Virus record (IMG/VR): IMGVR_UViG_3300037258_000725
Strand: one strand, 5' to 3'
DNA from: an uncultured virus (IMG/VR IMGVR_UViG_3300037258_000725)
Lineage: Duplodnaviria > Heunggongvirae > Uroviricota > Caudoviricetes
DNA: 20,000 nucleotides
The notes under the pieces were generated by a model, which ran no database searches, was not told the origin of the DNA, and saw only the letters and a program-made list of their open reading frames with translations. The position numbers were made by a program, and so were the translations under genes. Positions 16,566-20,000 of the stretch are shown piece by piece (positions within the stretch are counted from its first letter, which is position 1; the number at the start of each line of letters is the position of its first letter).

Positions 16566-17750
16566 TCAGGCAGCCTTGGCCTCGGGCTGGGCGACTGCCA
16601 GCGAGTATGGCTGCACGAGGTGACAGTATGTCACCTCGCCCTCACGGTGCGCAGTGAAGACGAAGGCATTGAACGGCTCCACCAGGACACCAATGTGAAT
16701 CCGCTCATCATCGATGGCATGCAGGGCCTTGATCACCAGCAGGGGGTTGAGCTTGAACCTGATCTCAGGCCCATCCTCGCCGTAGTCCGCGCAGATAGCC
16801 TCATCTGCCACGTCCTCGCCGTTCTCCCCGCCCTCAGCCAGGACCAGGATCTCCCCTGGCTGGATGGTGAGCTCCATGCCATCCCCGGGCTTGGTGCAGA
16901 CCAGGGCCGCCCGCTCGGCCGCGCCCAGCAGGTCCACCCGGTCAATGATGGCCGCACCCTGCCGGGGCTTGTTCAGCAAGCTGGAGTAGGGCAGGTACTG
17001 CCCGGCCGTGACCAGCGTGGTGAACTCACGGCCATCACTGCACTGGATGCCCAGGCCCTTGGGCTGGCCCTCGGCGCCGGTCATGATGGTGACCTCCACC
17101 TGGGAATCCTCGGCCAGGGCCCGCACCATGTGGTCCATGATGGTGGCGGGCACCATCACCGAAGGCGGGGCCTGGCTGGTGACGGGGGCGGTGTCCCGCA
17201 CCGCATGCCCAAGCTGGGTGGTGTCGGTGGAAGTGAACAGCATCTCACCGTCCCCGAACTCCATGAACAGGGCGGCATGGATCTCGGTGGCATCCCCGGC
17301 CGCGGTGGCGACCCGGGTCACGGCGCTGCCCAGGTCCCTGGCCATGATGGAGATGGCGGGCCCGGTGATCTCAGGCAGGGACGGGTAGTCATCCTCCCCG
17401 ATCATGGCCAGGGTGAACGTCGCCCCACCGCACACGATCTGGACCCGGGTGCCCAGCCGGGTGAACATCACCGGCTTGCCTGCGGGCAGTTTGCCCAGCA
17501 CCTGGACCAGCTTGGCCCCGGGGATGAACAGGACCCCAGGCTCCGCCACCATGGCGGGCACGGAGGCCCTGGCCGACACTGTGTAGTCGAACGCTGCCAG
17601 CCGCACCTCCTCACCCTCGGCGGTGAGCTTCATGGCATGCATCACTGGCAGGGTGCCAGCCCCCTTGGGCAGGGCCAGGCTGGCCCACTTGCCAGCGGCC
17701 AGCAACTTGGCTGGGTCGGAAACGGTGAACTCGGTCGGGCTCGCGGTCAT
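16566..17750 (-). CDS. dnaN: DNA polymerase III beta sliding clamp homolog
   Basis: 394 aa; LAAFDY, PGVLFIPGAKL, EDDYPSLP, STD, GQYLPY, AAERAALV, LNP..VIKAL features along the three-domain clamp; appears divergent from typical chromosomal DnaN. Confidence 0.88.
   Translation of the reverse strand: MTASPTEFTVSDPAKLLAAGKWASLALPKGAGTLPVMHAMKLTAEGEEVRLAAFDYTVSARASVPAMVAEPGVLFIPGAKLVQVLGKLPAGKPVMFTRLGTRVQIVCGGATFTLAMIGEDDYPSLPEITGPAISIMARDLGSAVTRVATAAGDATEIHAALFMEFGDGEMLFTSTDTTQLGHAVRDTAPVTSQAPPSVMVPATIMDHMVRALAEDSQVEVTIMTGAEGQPKGLGIQCSDGREFTTLVTAGQYLPYSSLLNKPRQGAAIIDRVDLLGAAERAALVCTKPGDGMELTIQPGEILVLAEGGENGEDVADEAICADYGEDGPEIRFKLNPLLVIKALHAIDDERIHIGVLVEPFNAFVFTAHREGEVTYCHLVQPYSLAVAQPEAKAA
16616..16638. 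repeat. Perfect 10-bp inverted repeat inside the dnaN 3' end, 70 bp upstream of the XRE gene
   Basis: CGAGGTGACA-GTA-TGTCACCTCG. Confidence 0.7.
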
Positions 17751-17989
17751 GCGGCTCTCCTTGCGGGTGGTGCCCCGGCCGGCATGCAGCCGGGGCAGTA
17801 CTGGTGCTCAGGGGCTGGGGGACTGCCAAACCAGGCAGCCCCGCAGCCAGGGGCCCGGCACATCCATTCGTCGTGCTCGGGCCCGGTTGGTGGCTCAGCC
17901 ACCTGGATCTTGCTCATCGACTGCCTCGGGTGTGGGTGGCCGGGTCTGCGGTCTGGGGCGGCGCGGGGGGCCGCCAGGGTGGTGGTCAC
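17747..17989 (-). CDS. Small zinc-ribbon hypothetical protein
   Basis: CRAPGC...YCPGC; ATGA overlap with dnaN start; start uncertain (GTG 17989 or internal MSKIQ). Confidence 0.65.
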   Translation of the reverse strand: MTTTLAAPRAAPDRRPGHPHPRQSMSKIQVAEPPTGPEHDEWMCRAPGCGAAWFGSPPAPEHQYCPGCMPAGAPPARRAA

Positions 17990-17993
17990 GGGT

Positions 17994-18197
17994 TTATCCG
18001 CGAGTCCGGTGGCGGGCGGTCAGCCCGAACACCAGCGACACGGAGAACAGGATGAGCAGGGGCACGAACGCCAGGACCGCGTAATAGCCGATCCGGTTCG
18101 CCACCGTGAACGCCACGAGCGTGTCAATCAGGAGCGCGAGGAGGAGCGCGGTCGTGGTGGTGTCCCCGCGCCCCGGGCGGCTAGAACGGGGGCTCAT
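17994..18197 (-). CDS. Small two-helix membrane protein
   Basis: 67 aa with two hydrophobic segments; overlaps the ssb end. Confidence 0.65.
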   Translation of the reverse strand: MSPRSSRPGRGDTTTTALLLALLIDTLVAFTVANRIGYYAVLAFVPLLILFSVSLVFGLTARHRTRG

Positions 18198-18675
18198 CGG
18201 TGAACTCCCCGCCGCTGGCGTCGGCCGCCCACGGGTCCTCGGCCGGGCGGCTGCTGGCCGGAGCCTGGCCGCCTCCGTTGCCGCCGGACGGCTGGCCGCC
18301 GCCTGTCGAGCGGGAGGACTTGGTGACCTTGGCGGAGGCCCACTTGAGGGAGGGCCCCACCTCGTCTACCTCGATCTCGTAGACGGTCCGCTTCTCGCCC
18401 TCTTTGGTCTCGTAGGACCGCTGGCGCAGCCTGCCCTGGACAACGATCCGCATGCCGCGCTGGAGCGACTCACAGACGTTCTCAGCCATCTGGGCCCAGG
18501 CGTTGCAGGCCAGGAACAGCCCCTCGCCGTCCTTCCACTCCCCGGTGGCGCTGTCCCGGTAGCGGGGGGTGGCGGCCACGCGGAAGTTGGACACGGCCTT
18601 GCCGCTGGGGGTGTACCTCAGTTGCGGGTCATCGACCAGGTTCCCCGCGATGGTGATGCTGGTGTCTCCAGCCAT
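18181..18675 (-). CDS. ssb: Single-stranded DNA-binding protein
   Basis: [37 protein letters not shown], acidic tail DEPPF. Confidence 0.98.
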   Translation of the reverse strand: MAGDTSITIAGNLVDDPQLRYTPSGKAVSNFRVAATPRYRDSATGEWKDGEGLFLACNAWAQMAENVCESLQRGMRIVVQGRLRQRSYETKEGEKRTVYEIEVDEVGPSLKWASAKVTKSSRSTGGGQPSGGNGGGQAPASSRPAEDPWAADASGGEFTDEPPF

Positions 18676-18719
18676 CTCGATCAGTCCCTTCTGTGGGTGT
18701 GGGTGTGTGCACGGCGCAC

Positions 18720-20000
18720 TCAGATGTGTGCCATGTCAACGAAGCGTGAATAGTGCCCCTGGAATGCGGTAGTGATGGTGGCGGTGGGCCCGTTGCGGTG
18801 CTTGGCCACAATGAAGTCTGCTTCGCCAGCCCGGGGGGACTCCCGCTCGTAGGCGTCCTCCCGGTGCAGCAGGAGCACAATGTCCGTGTCCTGCTCGACG
18901 CTGCCGGACTCCCTCAGGTCAGCCAGCAGGGGCCTGTGGTCAGCGCGGGACTCTGGGCCCCGGTTCAGTTGCGCGGCGAAGATCACCGGCACGTCGAGCT
19001 CCTTGGCCAGGAGCTTGAGGCCACGGGACTGGTCTGAGACCTCAACCTGCCGGTTCTCAGACCGGCGCTTGGCTGTGGGGGGTGAGCCCAGCAGTTGCAG
19101 GTAGTCCAGGAAGATCGCAGCCGGGCGCTGGCCGGCCCGGGCAAGCTCCTCGTTCTGGAGCTTGATGCCCGGCACGTCGATGTACGGGTTGTCGATCAGG
19201 TGGAACTGGGCTGAGGCCATCCGGCTCCAGTGCTTCTCGATCCGGGTCCAGTCCACCTCGGTGAGAGCATCCCCGCCCCGGACCAGGTTGTGCAGCGGCA
19301 CATGGGCCTCGGCCGCGATCATCTTGCGGATAAGCTCACCGCGGTGCATCTCCAGGGAGTGGAACTGCACCCCCGCCCGCTGCCTGAACGCCATGTGCCG
19401 GGCCAGGTCCAGGAGCAGGGTGGACTTGCCCAGGGCGGGCCGGGCACCAATGCAGACAAGCTGGCCGCCGCGCAGCCCCCCGCCCAGCAGGGCATCCAGG
19501 TCAGCGAACCCGGTGGCCAGCCCGGTGACTTCCCGGTTGTGGGTCAGGTCGTCATAGACCCGCAGCATCATGTCCATCCAGGCCTCAATGGCCTCACCCT
19601 CGGCATGGTCAGCCAGAAGCTGGTCAAGCTCCATGCGGGTGTGGTGGACAAGCCCCTCAGCCAGGTCGAGCTCCTTGGAGTAGCCCTTGCTCATGCCCCG
19701 GGTGCAGATCTCGATGAGGCCCCGCAAGATGGCCATGCACCGCACGATCCGGGCGTAGTAGACGGCGTTGGCCATGCTGGGCACCGCGGCCAGGCAGGTG
19801 TGCAGGTAGGGCGCTCCCCCGACCTTGGCGATCTCCCCCTGGCTGGTCAGGTAGGCGGACACGGCCACTGGGTCGGTGGGCTTGCCAGCCTCATGCAGGG
19901 CGCCGATGGCCTCAGCGATGACCTGGTGGGCAGGCCGCCAGTAGTCCAGGGGCTTGATCACCTTGGCCACCTCGGAGATGGCCAGCTTGGAGCCCAGCAG
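18720..20000 (-). CDS. dnaB: Replicative DNA helicase DnaB (5' end outside window)
   Basis: Frame open to the window edge ([11 protein letters not shown]...); [11 protein letters not shown]alker [33 protein letters not shown]. Confidence 0.97.
   Translation of the reverse strand: MLGSKLAISEVAKVIKPLDYWRPAHQVIAEAIGALHEAGKPTDPVAVSAYLTSQGEIAKVGGAPYLHTCLAAVPSMANAVYYARIVRCMAILRGLIEICTRGMSKGYSKELDLAEGLVHHTRMELDQLLADHAEGEAIEAWMDMMLRVYDDLTHNREVTGLATGFADLDALLGGGLRGGQLVCIGARPALGKSTLLLDLARHMAFRQRAGVQFHSLEMHRGELIRKMIAAEAHVPLHNLVRGGDALTEVDWTRIEKHWSRMASAQFHLIDNPYIDVPGIKLQNEELARAGQRPAAIFLDYLQLLGSPPTAKRRSENRQVEVSDQSRGLKLLAKELDVPVIFAAQLNRGPESRADHRPLLADLRESGSVEQDTDIVLLLHREDAYERESPRAGEADFIVAKHRNGPTATITTAFQGHYSRFVDMAHI

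Larger units (their letters stand above)
1..20000 (-). mobile_element. Actinobacterial phage/prophage (or large plasmid/ICE) replication, modification and accessory gene region
   Basis: Co-oriented, overlapping (ATGA/GTGA) short hypothetical genes; element-borne dnaB, ssb, dnaN, two methyltransferases, a MazG-like enzyme and lsr2; Lsr2 and the SSB tail DEPPF point to Actinomycetota. No element boundaries visible. Confidence 0.8.

Noticed and set aside
16491..18203. 570-aa plus-strand ORF
   Set aside because: Antisense shadow of dnaN and neighbours; stop-poor frames are expected at this GC content and it has no recognisable motifs.
18692..18708. TGTGGG short tandem repeat between dnaB and ssb
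   Set aside because: Only about 2.5 copies of a hexamer; not enough to call an iteron or origin.
18720..20000. Intein in DnaB
   Set aside because: Motifs are contiguous at normal spacing; no insertion is seen.

Overview
High-GC (roughly 70%) segment of a mobile element of an actinobacterium, most likely a phage or prophage early/replication region; a large plasmid or ICE cannot be excluded because no structural, integrase or conjugation genes are in view. About 27 tightly packed genes, all but one on the minus strand and mostly translationally coupled. In transcription order (right to left): dnaB (5' end off-window), ssb, two small ORFs, a DNA polymerase III beta-clamp (dnaN) homolog, an XRE regulator with a Zn ribbon, a 1779-aa DarB-like methyltransferase-SF2 helicase, a C5 cytosine methyltransferase, a run of small accessory genes (HTH proteins, PadR, YdjM-like membrane hydrolase, many Cys/Zn-rich hypotheticals, a MazG-like pyrophosphatase, a SLOG protein), lsr2, and a protein with two tandem C2H2 zinc fingers. 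Main leads: (1) clamp-binding-like motifs in both methyltransferases near an element-encoded sliding clamp, together with patchy CpG depletion, suggesting replication-coupled self-methylation; (2) two perfect palindromes with a shared CA-RTA-TG core flanking the XRE gene, one sitting at the predicted transcription start of the methyltransferase operon; (3) a tandem C2H2 protein beside Lsr2; (4) many proteins ending in -AA. All family calls come from motif recognition by eye, not database searches.
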